A stretch of 64,000 nucleotides of DNA from Candidatus Eiseniibacteriota bacterium (GCA_963762255.1 CAVXKA010000001.1:640001-704000), one strand, 5' to 3'; counted from the stretch's first letter, positions 20,399 through 33,607 are shown. Notes: generated by a model from the letters alone, not told the origin. Numbers and translations are program-made.

Positions 20399-21457
20399 TC
20401 AAACCCTTGTCGCCAGCAACGCGGGGAGCGCGTCGATCATCGCTTCCAGCAGCCCCGCGTTCTCTTCCCGGGTGCCCAGCGTGATCCGGGCGCAATCCAG
20501 GAAGCCGGCTTCTTTGAAGAACTTGATGATGAAACCGCGCCGCCGCAGTTCGGCGTCGAGCAAGCCCACCACCTCTCGCGGGAAGCGCGCCAGAACGAAG
20601 TTGGCGGCGGAGTCATAGACCCGCACACCCTCCATGGCTCTCAGGCGCGCGCACAACTCGGTGCGGTCCGCCTCCATGCCCTGTCGCACGTGCGCGTAGT
20701 ACTCCGGGCTGTCGAGGGCCGCCAGCGCCAGGCTCTCGGAGACGCGGTTGTACCCGAGGTTGCGCGAGCAGAACTTCACGAAATCGTCGTGACCCTTGCC
20801 GGCCACCGCGTAGCCGATGCGAGCACCCGCCAGCGCGTAGAGCTTCGAGAAGGAGCGCAGCACGAGGACGTCCGGAAACTCGTCGGTGATGTCGCCGCAC
20901 GCGTCGAGTCCGTCCTCTTCGAAACCGAAGTACGCCTGGTCCAGGAGAACCGGCACGCCCCGATAGCGGTCGAGAACGGTGCGCAACGCCGCCGGGTCGA
21001 TCGCATTCCCGGTCGGGTTGTTGGGCGAGGCGATCAGGAGCATCCGCACCGCGATGCGGTCGCGCATCGCCAGCAGCGCATCCAGGTCGTAGCGATAGGT
21101 CGTGCGTTCCTCGACCAGCGGGTACTCGAAGGTCTCGCCGCGAACCTCGTCGGCGACGGCCCGGTAGTACCACCACGAGGCGCTCGGCACGAGGACGGCG
21201 TCCCCCGGGCTGACGAAGAAGTGCACGGCCTCCTTCAGGATGTCTTCACAGCCGTAGCCCAGAATGATGCGCTTCTCGTCGACACCGTGGATTCCGGCCA
21301 GCCGGCGGGAGAGGCGGCTGTAGCTGCCGAACTGGAAGTCGCGGGGGTAGTCGTGCAGCAGTTCCGGCGCGAGGTCCCGAAGCACGGCCATGCAAGCGGG
21401 GGCCGGGCCGTAGTGGTTCTCGTTGCGATCGAGCGTGACGGGCGTGCGGTCGCGCAT
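20399..21457 (-). CDS. HisC/CobD-like PLP aminotransferase or decarboxylase
   Basis: LDRNEN, SPNNPTG, DQAY and RSFSKLYALAGARIGY motifs. Confidence 0.85.
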   Translation of the reverse strand: MRDRTPVTLDRNENHYGPAPACMAVLRDLAPELLHDYPRDFQFGSYSRLSRRLAGIHGVDEKRIILGYGCEDILKEAVHFFVSPGDAVLVPSASWWYYRAVADEVRGETFEYPLVEERTTYRYDLDALLAMRDRIAVRMLLIASPNNPTGNAIDPAALRTVLDRYRGVPVLLDQAYFGFEEDGLDACGDITDEFPDVLVLRSFSKLYALAGARIGYAVAGKGHDDFVKFCSRNLGYNRVSESLALAALDSPEYYAHVRQGMEADRTELCARLRAMEGVRVYDSAANFVLARFPREVVGLLDAELRRRGFIIKFFKEAGFLDCARITLGTREENAGLLEAMIDALPALLATRV

Positions 21458-21474
21458 GGCGCCTTCCGGGGTGT

Positions 21475-22916
<1,442 letters not shown>

Positions 22917-22920
<4 letters not shown>

Positions 22921-24407
22921 GCGAGCCCCGTCCTGGCGTTGAACTCCTGGATCATGGCATCCCAGGCGGGAACGAGATCGCGAAGCTTGCGCCAGAAGGC
23001 CTGATCGCGGCGCACGGTGAAGTCGGGGATCTCGACCCCCTGCTGCTCCACCCAGGTGTAGTAACCGAGGTTGAACACCCGCTCCCGGTCGCGCAGCGAC
23101 AACTCCATCATGTGGTCGGTGGCGGTGGCGAGCATGTGGCGCCCGTAGGTCTCGGCGGCGTCCACCGCATCCAACCCCTTGGGGAAGAGAGCGGTCTGCG
23201 CCTTGTCCAGCTCGGTCGAGTACATGGCCGCGCTATCGGTGGCCACGGTCACGATCGCGTCGTCCGGGCCCAACCCCATGTACTTGGCCACCTTGATCGC
23301 GGCCAGCACGTTGCAGATGCTCGAGAAGCCCATGAAGCCGAGTTCGGCTGCCAGCGCCGAGGGCACGCCGCGGCGCTTCATCAGGTACTCGCGCCCGGGC
23401 TCGGTGTTGAACACAACGTTGAGCCCGTCGGTGGCGTGATCCGAGATGGCCACCGCGTAGTCCGTGTTCATCACGTTGTGGATGAACGGGACGTGCTTGT
23501 CGCCGATCCCCTGGATGTTGTGCTCACCGAAGCCGTTGTAGAGGAGCGTCGGGCACTCGAGCGCCTCCACCGCCGCGATGAGCGCGCCGTGGCGCTCCTT
23601 CAAGTAGTCGCCGGCTGCGATGGTCCCCGCCGAGCCGGTCGCGCTGATGAAGGCGCGCATGCGCAGCGCGGGCGACTTCTTGCGGACGGTCTCGAACACG
23701 TGCTCCAGCGCGCGCCCCGTACAAAGATAGTGGGCCAGATAGTTCCCGAATTCGCTGAACTGGTTGAAGATGACATTGTGCGGGTCGCGTGAGAGCTCCG
23801 CGCACTTGTCGTAGATCTCCTTCACGTTGCTCTCGGTGCCGGGGGTACGGATGATGTCGTCGGGGTGCGCCACCCAGTTCTCGAGCCACGCGAACCGCTC
23901 GCGGCTCATCCCCTCGGGGAGCACCGCAACGCCTCGGCAGGCCATGATCCGCGAGATCGCCACGCCGCCGCGGCAGTAGTTGCCGGTCGAGGGCCAGATC
24001 GCCTTGTGCGCGGTGGGGTCGAACTGCCCCGTGATGACGCGCGGGGCGAGGCAGCCGTAGGCGGCCAGCACTTTGTGCGCGTGGATCATCGGGAATCTGT
24101 CGCCGCGCGCGACGAGGATCCGCGCCTTGACCCCGGTGACCGACTCCGGCAGCTCCACGAAATCGGGAACGTCCTGGCGGGCGCGCCGGTCGGCGGTGTT
24201 GTTCCAGTGCACGCGGAAGAGGTTCAGGGCATCGGGCGCGTCGGGCTCCACGGCCCGCAACCGCTCCACGATCCCGGCGGGAATCGTCGAGGGCTCGGCG
24301 AGTCGAGCGAAGGTGGGGAGCAGGATCCCCCGCTCCTTGAAGCGCTTGACGCTATTGTTGTAGACCGACTGATCGACGACGTGGGTTTCGAGTCCTAATC
24401 CGCGCAC
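22917..24407 (-). CDS. Fold-type II PLP enzyme (cysteine synthase/ammonia-lyase-like)
   Basis: [22 protein letters not shown] and HNIQGIGD motifs. Confidence 0.8.
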
Positions 24408-24477
24408 CGTGTGTGTCCTTTCCGCAGTGATGAGGGCGGCTCGAAGAGCTCACCCGATTGATCCGAAGCGCACGAGT

Positions 24478-25023
24478 CTACCCCTCCCGGGGAGCCGCCT
24501 CCATGGGGAGCAGCAGATCCTCCAGGAAGAACGCCGCCAGCTCGGCTCGGCCCGCCAGGCCGGATTTCCGGTAGACCACGACCGAGTGCTGCCGCACCGT
24601 GCGCTCGCTCTTGTCCGTAAGATTCGCGATTTCCTTGTGGCTGTAGCCCTTGAGCAGGAAGAGCGCGGTCTCCCGCTCGGCCGCGGTCAGGTTCCACTCC
24701 CGGAGCTGCACGTCGATCACCTCTCCAAGGCCGGCGAGCAGCTTCTTCGACTGGTCCCGGAACTTGTCCCGCTCATCCTCACGCGCCGCCATGGCCGCCC
24801 GAACCCGATCGAGCTTGCCGCGCGCGCGCAACCATCCGGATCCAAGAAAGAACGCGGAAACCAGACATAAAAGAAGGAATGCGACTTCTAGGATGATATG
24901 CGTCGGGTTGCGTAGGCCGAGATCCAGGGACAGGTCCACGAGGCCCAACGTGAAGATCAGGATGAGCAACACGGCCACGACGGGCAGAAGATTGGGGTCA
25001 GGGTCGTCTTTCCAAGCCCACAT
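24478..25023 (-). CDS. Membrane-anchored LuxR-type HTH regulator
   Basis: Two TM helices then LTAAERE...GYSHKEIA...SERTVRQH. Confidence 0.85.
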   Translation of the reverse strand: MWAWKDDPDPNLLPVVAVLLILIFTLGLVDLSLDLGLRNPTHIILEVAFLLLCLVSAFFLGSGWLRARGKLDRVRAAMAAREDERDKFRDQSKKLLAGLGEVIDVQLREWNLTAAERETALFLLKGYSHKEIANLTDKSERTVRQHSVVVYRKSGLAGRAELAAFFLEDLLLPMEAAPREG

Positions 25024-25254
25024 CGTCCTACGTCATCCGCCGGATACCGAGTTTATTGCTCTTACAGCAACGAGTTAGAACATCTGCCGGATCGTATCCC
25101 CGCAGGTTCCTCTCTAGTCTTTATTGCGAGGCCGAGGATAGCACGGCAGGAGCCCCGTAAGCCGTCGCTATGCCTCTCGAAGTGCATCGCTGTCCCCGGC
25201 CTCGCCAACTTCTCGGAACGCTTCACGACATCCATCCCATCAAGGAGAGCCTTC

Positions 25255-25998
25255 ATGAAGACCTTTATCGCTGCCCTGATCCTCTTCGCCCTCGCCGCGC
25301 CGGCGACGGCCATGGCGTATCCCCTTCCGCCCCAGAACGGTTTCTACAACTCGCTCACTCAGGGGGGCACGGTCCTCGACGGCCGTTTCAGCGAATCCTG
25401 GATGGGGCCGGGGCAGGAGAGTGCCACAGGCAACACGCTCAACGTCCAGTCCTGGGATGGATCCTCGCTGGGGAGCGAGTGGCGGCTTTCGTGCGCATCG
25501 ATCGTCGGATCCCCGACGCTGGTGAGCGACACGCGCGTCGGGGGAACGGGTGAGGTCACGTACCGGACCAACTACGCGGGTGGCCAGCTCTGGCTCGCCA
25601 AGCAGGGTCCGTGGAGCATCGATCACCTCACGGATTTCACGGGGACGCTCTCTTCGCTGATCGTCACCTCGACCCACCAATACGTCGCGAACGTTCGCAT
25701 CGGCATCCGCAGCAACGTCACCGTGACCGGCATGCTGGACGCGCTCTACCCGAGCTGGTCGCCCACCTGCCTCGACTACATGATCGCCAACACTTCGGTC
25801 TTCGGCAGCACGGCGACCGGCTCGCTGCCTGCAGGCTATCCCTCGTTCCTGGATCCCGACTCGTGCCCCGCCGGCACCGGAACGCTCAGCGACGGAGCGT
25901 GGGGGTCGGTCACTCAACTCACGATGGTACTCACCGGTTGCGCGGTCCCCACCGAGACCGTGTCGTGGGGTTCGATCAAGTCGCGCTACGCGGAGTAG
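25255..25998 (+). CDS. Secreted protein with C-terminal SWGxIKxxY tail
   Basis: AAGGAG RBS; signal peptide; ends AVPTETVSWGSIKSRYAE. Confidence 0.8.
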   Translation: MKTFIAALILFALAAPATAMAYPLPPQNGFYNSLTQGGTVLDGRFSESWMGPGQESATGNTLNVQSWDGSSLGSEWRLSCASIVGSPTLVSDTRVGGTGEVTYRTNYAGGQLWLAKQGPWSIDHLTDFTGTLSSLIVTSTHQYVANVRIGIRSNVTVTGMLDALYPSWSPTCLDYMIANTSVFGSTATGSLPAGYPSFLDPDSCPAGTGTLSDGAWGSVTQLTMVLTGCAVPTETVSWGSIKSRYAE

Positions 25999-26088
25999 GC
26001 GCGAGTACGACGCGGGCGCTCCGGGGCGTCCGCGTGAGGCAGGGCCGGAGGGCGCCGTGGCCGACACCGCGGCGCCCTCATGGGCTTA

Positions 26089-27321
26089 CTACCCGGACAG
26101 TCTCCGCATCCGCTCCCAGAGCTTGACCGCTTCTTCGGCGGCCTCGGCGCGGATCGCGTCCAAGTCCGCCGACAGAAGGCGACCGTCGCGCACAACCAGT
26201 CGTCCGCCGGCGACGACGTGCCGCATGCCGCCGTGTTCCTCGAACACCGCGGCATCCGCGGGGTTCCCGGCGGCAAGCGGCGCGAAGGTCGCCGCGAAGA
26301 GTTCCCCGACCAGTGCGTGCGCGCCTTGCAGTCGGCGCTCGACCACGTCCTCACGCTCCGCGTGCTCCCGAGCCTCCTCGCGCAGCGCGGCCGCCTCCGC
26401 AGCCATGTCCGCCGGATAGCCGTCGGTGCCCAGCGCCACGCGGCGGCTCTCATCCAGAGCTTTCGGGTATCCGACGCGATTGCCGCGGTTGGAGCGTGGG
26501 TTCTGCACGAGCCACAGACCATGGTCCGCCGCCGTTCGCACCTGCTCGCGGGTGAGGTGCACGCCGTGGGCGAGGATCGATCCCGGCGGCGCCGCGTTCA
26601 GCTTCAACAACCGTTCGAGCGGGCCCTCGTATTCGCGCCGGCGCGCGTCCCACACATCGGCCATGTCCTCGGCCACGTGCACGTGCAGCGGCGCGCCCAG
26701 TTCGCGACAGAGGTCGCCGGCCTCGCGCACGGTCTCGTCGCTCACGGTGAACGAGGCGTGCAACGCCACCGCGCCGCGCACGAGCCCGCGCCGGTTCGAC
26801 GTCGCAAAGCGCCGGCATTCCGCGAGCCCACGCCGAGCTTCGTCGCGCCCGCCGTTGCGCTCGGTGGCGCCGTAGCAAAGGAGCGCGCGCGCACCCATTT
26901 CCTCGCACGCGTCGGCGAGCACGTCCAGCGAGCCCTCGATGAAGTTGGGGGACTCGTGGTGATCCACGAGACACGTGGTGCCCGCGAGCAACGACTCCGC
27001 CACGTAGAGCCGCGCCGCCGCGCGCAACGAGCGCTCCTCGAGTGCTCGGTCCAGCCGCCACCACACGCGCTCCAGGATCTGCACGAAGTTCTCGGGGGGC
27101 GGTTCCGGCGCGGGCATCCCCAGCGGCGCCAACCCGCTGTAGAGGTGCGTGTGCGCGTTCACCCGCCCCGGCCCGATCCACGCGTCACGGCAGTCGAGGT
27201 AGAACGCGTCGCGCTCGCAGATCGACGGCGCGGCCCCGAACGCGGCGATGCGATCGCCCTCGCAGACGAAGACGTTCCCGTCCTGGTCGGGACCCAGCTT
27301 CACCGCCTCGGCGGCGCTCAC
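26089..27321 (-). CDS. SsnA-like metal-dependent amidohydrolase
   Basis: [40 protein letters not shown]; GTGA overlap with the upstream xdh gene. Confidence 0.85.
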   Translation of the reverse strand: MSAAEAVKLGPDQDGNVFVCEGDRIAAFGAAPSICERDAFYLDCRDAWIGPGRVNAHTHLYSGLAPLGMPAPEPPPENFVQILERVWWRLDRALEERSLRAAARLYVAESLLAGTTCLVDHHESPNFIEGSLDVLADACEEMGARALLCYGATERNGGRDEARRGLAECRRFATSNRRGLVRGAVALHASFTVSDETVREAGDLCRELGAPLHVHVAEDMADVWDARRREYEGPLERLLKLNAAPPGSILAHGVHLTREQVRTAADHGLWLVQNPRSNRGNRVGYPKALDESRRVALGTDGYPADMAAEAAALREEAREHAEREDVVERRLQGAHALVGELFAATFAPLAAGNPADAAVFEEHGGMRHVVAGGRLVVRDGRLLSADLDAIRAEAAEEAVKLWERMRRLSG

Positions 27322-29960
27322 GACTCGGCGCCTTCCTTCGCCGCCGCACGCACGCGCCCCACCGACATCTTGCGCGCGGCGGGCGAGTCCTTCATCGGCA
27401 GCACGGTACGGCGGATGCCATCGAACGCTTCCAGCGCGCCGGCCACCGCCGCCGCGGTCGGCACGAGCCCGATCTCGCCGACGCCCTTCGCGCCGAACGG
27501 CCCTTCCGGTTCGTGATCCTCGACGAGGATCACCTCCACCTCCGGCATGTCGCGCGCGCGCAGCACACCGAGGTCGCGCAGCTTGAAGGTGGCGGGCATG
27601 CCGTCGGGGCAAGGGAGATCCTCGGTGAGCGCGTAGCCCAAGCCCATGTGAATGGCGCCTTCGATCTGGCCTTCGCACAGGGCCGGGTTCACCGCGCGAC
27701 CCACGTCGTGGGCGGCCACGAATTTCTCGACACGTCCCTCCGCGTCCAGAATGCAGACCTGCGTCGCGTAACCGAACGCGGTGTGAGTCTTGATCCTTCC
27801 GTCCTTTGTCTTTCCAGGCGCGGTGGTGTCGTCGATCACGATGTCGGCGGCGTACACGCTGCCGACCAGGTCGGCAAGTGTCTTGCCGAGATCCAGATCC
27901 GCCCGCAGTTTCTCCGCCGCGCTCTTCACAGCGCGCCCGCCGAAGAGCGTCGCGCGCGATCCGGTGGTCTGACCGCAGCCGAGCGCGAAGGTCGAGTCCA
28001 CCTTCGGCCGGAAGATCGACGCCGGAAGCCCGGTCACCTCGACCGCGAACTGAGTGAGCACGGTCAGAAGCCCCTGCCCCATCTCCGTGTAGCCGTTGTA
28101 GAGCGAGATCGTGCCGTCGGTTTCCACCACCAGCCGCGCCTTGCCCCATTCCTGCGCGCCGTTGCCGATCCCGCTGTTCTTGATGCCGCACGCGATGCCG
28201 ACCGCGCGCCCGGAGCGGAGCGCCTCGTAGTAGCGCCCCTTCACCGCCTCGAGCGTCTTCACGATGCCCACTGATTTCTCCAGCACCTGTCCGCTTGTGA
28301 ATGCATCGCCCACGCGAAGTGCGTTGCGATGGCGGATCTCCCACGCATCGAGGCCCGTCTTCTTCGCGAGCATGTCCATGCACGCTTCCATGGCGAAGTG
28401 GGCCTGGTTCGCCCCGAAGCCGCGCATCGCGCCGCAGGGCGGGTTGTTCGTGTAGGCGGCCTTCGATTCGACGTCCACTGCGGGAACGTGATAGGGCCCG
28501 CAGGCGTGGCCCGCCGCGCGCTCAAGGACATGCCCACCCACCGAGGCATACGCGCCTGAATCGCCCAGCATGCGCGCCTTCACAAAGGTGAGCTTCCCCG
28601 AGGCGTCGCAGCCCACCGTGTAGTCCATGGCGATGGGGTGCCGCTTGGGATGAAGCCGGATCGACTCCTCGCGGTTCAGCGTGATCTTGACCGGCCGCTT
28701 GGTCATCCAGGTCAGAAGCGCGGTCTGGGCCTGGACCGACATGTCCTCCTTGCCGCCGAACGCCCCGCCGTTGGGGACCAGTTCGACGTGGACTTGCTCC
28801 TCCGGGATGCCGAGGAACGACGCCACCTGCCGGCGATCGTCGAAGATGCCCTGCCCCTGGCTGAAGAGCGCGAGGCGCCCGTCGGGAAGAAGTTCGGCGA
28901 CCGCGCTCTCGGGCTCCAGGAACAAATGCTCGATCCGTTGGGTGTGCCAGGTGCCGCTCACCACGTGAGCGCTCGCGGCCTCGGCCCCGGCGGGATCCCC
29001 GCGGAGGATCGCCGTGCGCGCGAGCAGGTTGTCGTGCTTGGGATTCACCCGAGGCGCGCCGGGCGCAAGGGATGCGTGCGGATCGAGCACGGCAGGGAGC
29101 GGTTCGTACTCCACGTCCACCAGCTTCGCCGCCTCGCGCGCGGTGTACTCGTCCTGCGCAGCCACCGCCGCCAGCACGTCCCCCACGTAGCGGACCTCTT
29201 CCCCTTCGGCGACGAACCCGGGCCAGTCGGCATAGACGAGCCCATACCAGCGGTCCCCGGGCACGTCCTTGGCGGTGGCGACCGCGACCACACCTGGATG
29301 CGCGAGGGCGCGGCTCACGTCCACGCGCACGACACGAGCCCGCGCGTGCGGGGAGAGCACGAGCGCGCCGTGCAGCATGCCGGGGCGCCGGATGTCGTCC
29401 ACGTAGGGGCGATCGCCCAGAACTAACTGCATCCCCTTGTAGCGCGCGAGCCGCTGCCCCACGCGACCGTCCTCGATCAGCTCCGGCGCCGTCTCGCCGC
29501 GGCGCGCGCGGGCGAGAAGCTCGATCGCGTCGAGGATCTTTACGTAGCCGGTGCAACGGCAGAGGTGCACGTCGATGGCGCGGGCGATCTCCTCCCGCGA
29601 GGGATTCGGGTTGCGGTCCAGAAGCCACTTGCTGCGCAGCGCGAACCCCGGAATGCAGAAGCCGCACTGGAGCCCCGCAGCGGCGACGAAGCAGCGCGCC
29701 ACCAAGTCCCGCTCGTCGTGCGTGAGCCCCTCGAGCGTGAGCACGTCCTTCCCGTCCACCTTCTCCGCCGGCATGGCGCAGGTGACCTTGGCCTGGCCGT
29801 CGATGAGCGCGAGGCAGCAGCCGCATTGCCCCTGCGGCTGGCATCCGTCCTTGGTCGAGGTGATCCCGCAGCGTTCACGCAGCGTTTCCAGGAACGGCTC
29901 GCCGGGACGCACGGCGACCGTCGTCCTCTCGCCGTTCAGCGTGAACGTGATCTCTTTCAC
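27318..29960 (-). CDS. Xanthine-dehydrogenase-family Mo hydroxylase with fused 2Fe-2S domain (selenium-dependent Xdh/XdhD type)
   Basis: [41 protein letters not shown] and GAKGVGE motifs. Confidence 0.9.
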   Translation of the reverse strand: MKEITFTLNGERTTVAVRPGEPFLETLRERCGITSTKDGCQPQGQCGCCLALIDGQAKVTCAMPAEKVDGKDVLTLEGLTHDERDLVARCFVAAAGLQCGFCIPGFALRSKWLLDRNPNPSREEIARAIDVHLCRCTGYVKILDAIELLARARRGETAPELIEDGRVGQRLARYKGMQLVLGDRPYVDDIRRPGMLHGALVLSPHARARVVRVDVSRALAHPGVVAVATAKDVPGDRWYGLVYADWPGFVAEGEEVRYVGDVLAAVAAQDEYTAREAAKLVDVEYEPLPAVLDPHASLAPGAPRVNPKHDNLLARTAILRGDPAGAEAASAHVVSGTWHTQRIEHLFLEPESAVAELLPDGRLALFSQGQGIFDDRRQVASFLGIPEEQVHVELVPNGGAFGGKEDMSVQAQTALLTWMTKRPVKITLNREESIRLHPKRHPIAMDYTVGCDASGKLTFVKARMLGDSGAYASVGGHVLERAAGHACGPYHVPAVDVESKAAYTNNPPCGAMRGFGANQAHFAMEACMDMLAKKTGLDAWEIRHRNALRVGDAFTSGQVLEKSVGIVKTLEAVKGRYYEALRSGRAVGIACGIKNSGIGNGAQEWGKARLVVETDGTISLYNGYTEMGQGLLTVLTQFAVEVTGLPASIFRPKVDSTFALGCGQTTGSRATLFGGRAVKSAAEKLRADLDLGKTLADLVGSVYAADIVIDDTTAPGKTKDGRIKTHTAFGYATQVCILDAEGRVEKFVAAHDVGRAVNPALCEGQIEGAIHMGLGYALTEDLPCPDGMPATFKLRDLGVLRARDMPEVEVILVEDHEPEGPFGAKGVGEIGLVPTAAAVAGALEAFDGIRRTVLPMKDSPAARKMSVGRVRAAAKEGAES

Positions 29961-30805
29961 GCCCGCTCCATCGACTCGAGGATCATCCGCCGCACGACAC
30001 GACCGAGCGCGTGAAGTCGATACTCCGCGGTCGAGCGCACGTCGTCGATGGGGTGGACCTCTCCCATCGCGGTCTCCGCCGCGCGCTCGGCGAGCACCTT
30101 GCCGGGGGCCTCGCCTTCGCACAACTTCTCCGTGACGCACAGGCGAACAGGAGTGGCGGCCAGGCTCCCCACCCCGAAACGGACGCGGCGGAAGCGGTCT
30201 CCTTGCAGGTGCGCGGCCATCGCCACCGAGACCTTGCTGATCGACTGCGCTTCGCGCGTGCCCACCTTGCGGAAGAACTGGATCGAGTCCTTGGCGGGAT
30301 CGGGGATACGCACCCAGCCGATGATCTCGTCGGGGGCGAGCGCGGTCTTGCGATAGCCGACGTGGAATTGATCGTAGGGAATCGCCCGCGTGCCGAGCGG
30401 CCCCACCATCACCACGGTCGCCTCAAGCGCGAGCAGAACCGGCAGCGAATCCCCCGCCGGGCTCGCGTTGGCCATGTTGCCGCCCACCGTGGCGCGGTTC
30501 TGGATTTGCCAGCCGCCGATCCGCGACGCCGCGTCCGCCAGCGCGGGGAGCGCCTCGGCGAGACCCGGCGCCTGACGGATTTCCGTGAACGTAGCGGCGG
30601 CTCCGAGGTGCCATTCGCCGTCGCGATGCTCGACGCCCCGTAGCTCGGCCACGCGCGTGAGATCCATGATCGCGGCCGGGGTCAGTCGTCCCTCCCCCGC
30701 GCCCACCATGAGATCGGTGCACCCGGCGAGCGGCTTCACGCCGGGGTTCTCCGCGAGCACCCGTACCGCCTCGTCGATCGTGCGTGGAGTGAACGCGCGG
30801 GTCAT
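29957..30805 (-). CDS. Mo-hydroxylase FAD-binding subunit (XdhB/CoxM/YgfM-like)
   Basis: LAGCTDL, QIQNRATVGGN, ASPAGD and PIDDVRSTAEYR motifs. Confidence 0.9.
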   Translation of the reverse strand: MTRAFTPRTIDEAVRVLAENPGVKPLAGCTDLMVGAGEGRLTPAAIMDLTRVAELRGVEHRDGEWHLGAAATFTEIRQAPGLAEALPALADAASRIGGWQIQNRATVGGNMANASPAGDSLPVLLALEATVVMVGPLGTRAIPYDQFHVGYRKTALAPDEIIGWVRIPDPAKDSIQFFRKVGTREAQSISKVSVAMAAHLQGDRFRRVRFGVGSLAATPVRLCVTEKLCEGEAPGKVLAERAAETAMGEVHPIDDVRSTAEYRLHALGRVVRRMILESMERA

Positions 30806-30833
30806 CGCGGCGCCCTCCCCGAGTGTTCGCGCG

Positions 30834-31289
30834 TCATCGCGGCGCCTCCTCGTCGAGCGCGCGCAGGATCGCCTCGTAGCCGGTGCAGCGGCAGAGATTC
30901 CCGGCCAGCGCGGTGCGGATCGACTCGCGGTCCAGCTTCCCCCGGCCCTTTCTCAGCCGCCACGCCGTGACGACAATGCCGGGGGTGCACGCGCCGCACT
31001 GGGTGCCCCCTTCTTCGACGAAGCGATCGAGGATCGCCTTCGCTTCGGGGTCGGCGGTCACTCCCTCGACGGTCTCCACGCTGCGACCCGCGCATTGCAC
31101 GAGTGGGACGAGACAGGAGAGAACGGGTTCACCGTCCAGGAGCACCGTGCACGCACCGCACTCGCCTTCGCCGCAACCCTCTTTGGTGCCGGTGAGCCGC
31201 TGCCCTTCGCGCAGCACGTCGAGGAGGCGCTCCATCGGCTCCCCCTCCACCGTCACCGGCCGGCCGTTCAGCGTGAACTCCACCTTCAC
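30834..31289 (-). CDS. Mo-hydroxylase 2Fe-2S subunit (XdhC/CoxS-like)
   Basis: GCGEGECGAC, QCGAC and CRCTGY motifs. Confidence 0.92.
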   Translation of the reverse strand: MKVEFTLNGRPVTVEGEPMERLLDVLREGQRLTGTKEGCGEGECGACTVLLDGEPVLSCLVPLVQCAGRSVETVEGVTADPEAKAILDRFVEEGGTQCGACTPGIVVTAWRLRKGRGKLDRESIRTALAGNLCRCTGYEAILRALDEEAPR

Positions 31290-33607
31290 CGCGTCCCCTC
31301 CTTTCCCGCGCCGCGCCCGGACCTACCGGTATGCCGCGCCTCATGGGCGACCGCGGCAACCGTTTGCCCCTTCGCAAGCCAGTCCAGCAACCGCTCCGGG
31401 GTCGCGGGCAGGTCGGTGGGGAAGATTCCGGTCGCGTTCTCGATCGCCTGAAGCACCGCCGGCGCGCCGCCGTCCATGGGCAGTTCTCCCACTCCCTTCG
31501 CGCCGGAGGGGCCCCCCTCCCACGGTCGCTCGAGGAGTTCGACGTCCATGCGAGGCGCGTCCTTGATCGTCGGGATGATGTAGGTGGCAAGGCGATCGTT
31601 GAGATAGCGTCCGTCCCGGACCTTGATCTCCTCGAGATAGCCGTAGGCCAACGCTTGCAGCGTGCCCCCTTCGATCTGACCGCGGCAGAGCTTGGTGTGG
31701 ATCACGCGCCCCACCTCGCAGACCACGGTGGCGTGAAGCGGCTTCACCTCGAACGTGTCGGGGTCGAGTTCCACATCCACGACGTCCACTCCCCAACCGT
31801 AGGTCGCGTAGGCCGACCCCTGATAGGTCTTCTCGTCGAAGACCTGCCATGCCGGCGGCTCGTGACGCACGGTGATTTCTATCGCCCCCTTCTCGCCCCG
31901 GCATTGCGCGGCCAGGTCGCGGAACGCGCCGAGCGATCCGTGCGTGCCGAACACCTCGCCGTCGTCGACGCGAAGATCGGCGCCGTGCCGCTCCTGCGCC
32001 CAGCACAGCACACGATCGCGGAGCTGCGTCACCGCGCGGGCGATCGTGCCCCCGACGATCATCGTCGTGCGCGAGGCCACGGTGGGGCCGGAGTCGGGCA
32101 CCAGGGAAGTGTCCGCGGGCGCGAACACGACGTCGTCGAGGGTCACCCCCGCCGCCTCCGCGGCGATCATCGTAAGCGCAACCAGCGAGCCCTGGCCGAT
32201 GTCGGTCATGGCGGTGAGCACCTCGATGCGCCCGTCGGCGGTGAGCTGCACCGTGACCGGCGAACGCATCTTGTGCTCGCCCTGTCCGGTGAAGCCGGCG
32301 CCGTGAAAGTAGAGGCTCATTCCGACGCCGCGCAGCGGCTCGCCGTCCTTGCGCGTGGCGCGCGCCTTCTCGTACTCGAGCCACCGCGCGCGGAAGTTCG
32401 TCTTCTTCTCGGCGCGTTCCAGGCAGAGCCGCGCCGAGGCATCGTCCTTGAGCACCTGCCCGGTAGCAAGGCTGTCCCCCGGCCCCACCGCATTGGCCAG
32501 GCGCAGGGTCAGGGGATCGATGTCGAGCACCCGTCCGACGCGATCCATGTGCCGTTCGGCGGCGAACATCGTCTGCGGCACGCCGAAGCCGCGGAACGCC
32601 CCGTTGGGAGGCGTATGGGTGCGAAGCACGCGACCGCGGATCTTCACGTTCGCGCACCGGTAGGCCCCGGTGGCGTGGAGCACCCCGCGCGAGAGCACGA
32701 CCGGCGACAACGTGCGATACGCCCCGCCGTCCAGGTCCGCGTGGATCTCCATCGCGGTCAGCCGTCCGCCCGCGGTCACGCCGGTGCGAAGACGAACGCG
32801 CCCCGGGTGTCGCTTGGTGGTGGCCGTGATGTCCTCGTGCCGGTCGTAGACGATCTTGACCGGACGCCCCGACGCCCTCGCGAGAAGCCCGGCATGCGCA
32901 GCGAGGATGCTCGGATAGTCCTCCTTGCCGCCGAACCCTCCGCCGATGACGGACGGGCGCACGCGCACCTTGTTCTCGGGAAGGCCGAAGGCGTGCACCA
33001 TCGCGTGATGGATGTAGTAGGGACACTGCATCGAGCCCATCACTTCGAGGGTGCCGTCCGGCTCGAACCAGGCGAGCATCGCCTGGCACTCGATGTAGAT
33101 GTGCTCCTGGTGGCCGCAGAAGTAGACGCCCTCGATGATGTGGGCGGCCTCGGCGAAGCCCCGCGCGAGATTCCCGTGATCGAGGCTCAGCGTGTAGAGC
33201 GGCTCCTCACGCTCGGCGTCCTCCCACGTGAGGACCGGCGGCAGCGGCTCGTACTCGACATCGAAAGCTTCCAGGGAACGCCGCGCCGCATCGCGGGTGG
33301 GCGCCGCCACCAGAGCCACCGCGTCGCCCACATAGCGCACCACGCCCTCGGCGAGCACCGGCCAGGTGTCGTCGATGAGCTGCACGCCGTTGACGCCCGG
33401 GATGTCGCGCGCGGTGACCGCGACCGCGCCCTCGGGGGCGCGCGACGGATCGAAGCGGAGCGAGACGATCCGCGCGTGAGGATGTGGGCTGCGCAGCGTG
33501 GCCCCGAACATCATGCCGGGCAGCGTCAGGTCGTCGGCGTACTTGGCCCCACCTGTCACTTTGGCCCACCCGTCGGGCCGGGGAGGGCTATCTCCTATGC
33601 GAACCAT
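31286..33607 (-). CDS. Mo-hydroxylase molybdopterin-binding large subunit (XdhA-like)
   Basis: KVTGGAKY, GGGFGGKE, AFRGFG, DIGQG and GAKGVGE motifs; start at MVRIG. Confidence 0.92.
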   Translation of the reverse strand: MVRIGDSPPRPDGWAKVTGGAKYADDLTLPGMMFGATLRSPHPHARIVSLRFDPSRAPEGAVAVTARDIPGVNGVQLIDDTWPVLAEGVVRYVGDAVALVAAPTRDAARRSLEAFDVEYEPLPPVLTWEDAEREEPLYTLSLDHGNLARGFAEAAHIIEGVYFCGHQEHIYIECQAMLAWFEPDGTLEVMGSMQCPYYIHHAMVHAFGLPENKVRVRPSVIGGGFGGKEDYPSILAAHAGLLARASGRPVKIVYDRHEDITATTKRHPGRVRLRTGVTAGGRLTAMEIHADLDGGAYRTLSPVVLSRGVLHATGAYRCANVKIRGRVLRTHTPPNGAFRGFGVPQTMFAAERHMDRVGRVLDIDPLTLRLANAVGPGDSLATGQVLKDDASARLCLERAEKKTNFRARWLEYEKARATRKDGEPLRGVGMSLYFHGAGFTGQGEHKMRSPVTVQLTADGRIEVLTAMTDIGQGSLVALTMIAAEAAGVTLDDVVFAPADTSLVPDSGPTVASRTTMIVGGTIARAVTQLRDRVLCWAQERHGADLRVDDGEVFGTHGSLGAFRDLAAQCRGEKGAIEITVRHEPPAWQVFDEKTYQGSAYATYGWGVDVVDVELDPDTFEVKPLHATVVCEVGRVIHTKLCRGQIEGGTLQALAYGYLEEIKVRDGRYLNDRLATYIIPTIKDAPRMDVELLERPWEGGPSGAKGVGELPMDGGAPAVLQAIENATGIFPTDLPATPERLLDWLAKGQTVAAVAHEARHTGRSGRGAGKEGTR

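Noticed and set aside
26089-33607. Selenocysteine recoding or tRNA-Sec near the Se-type Mo hydroxylase
   Set aside because: No in-frame TGA is needed in these ORFs and no selC-like sequence was seen
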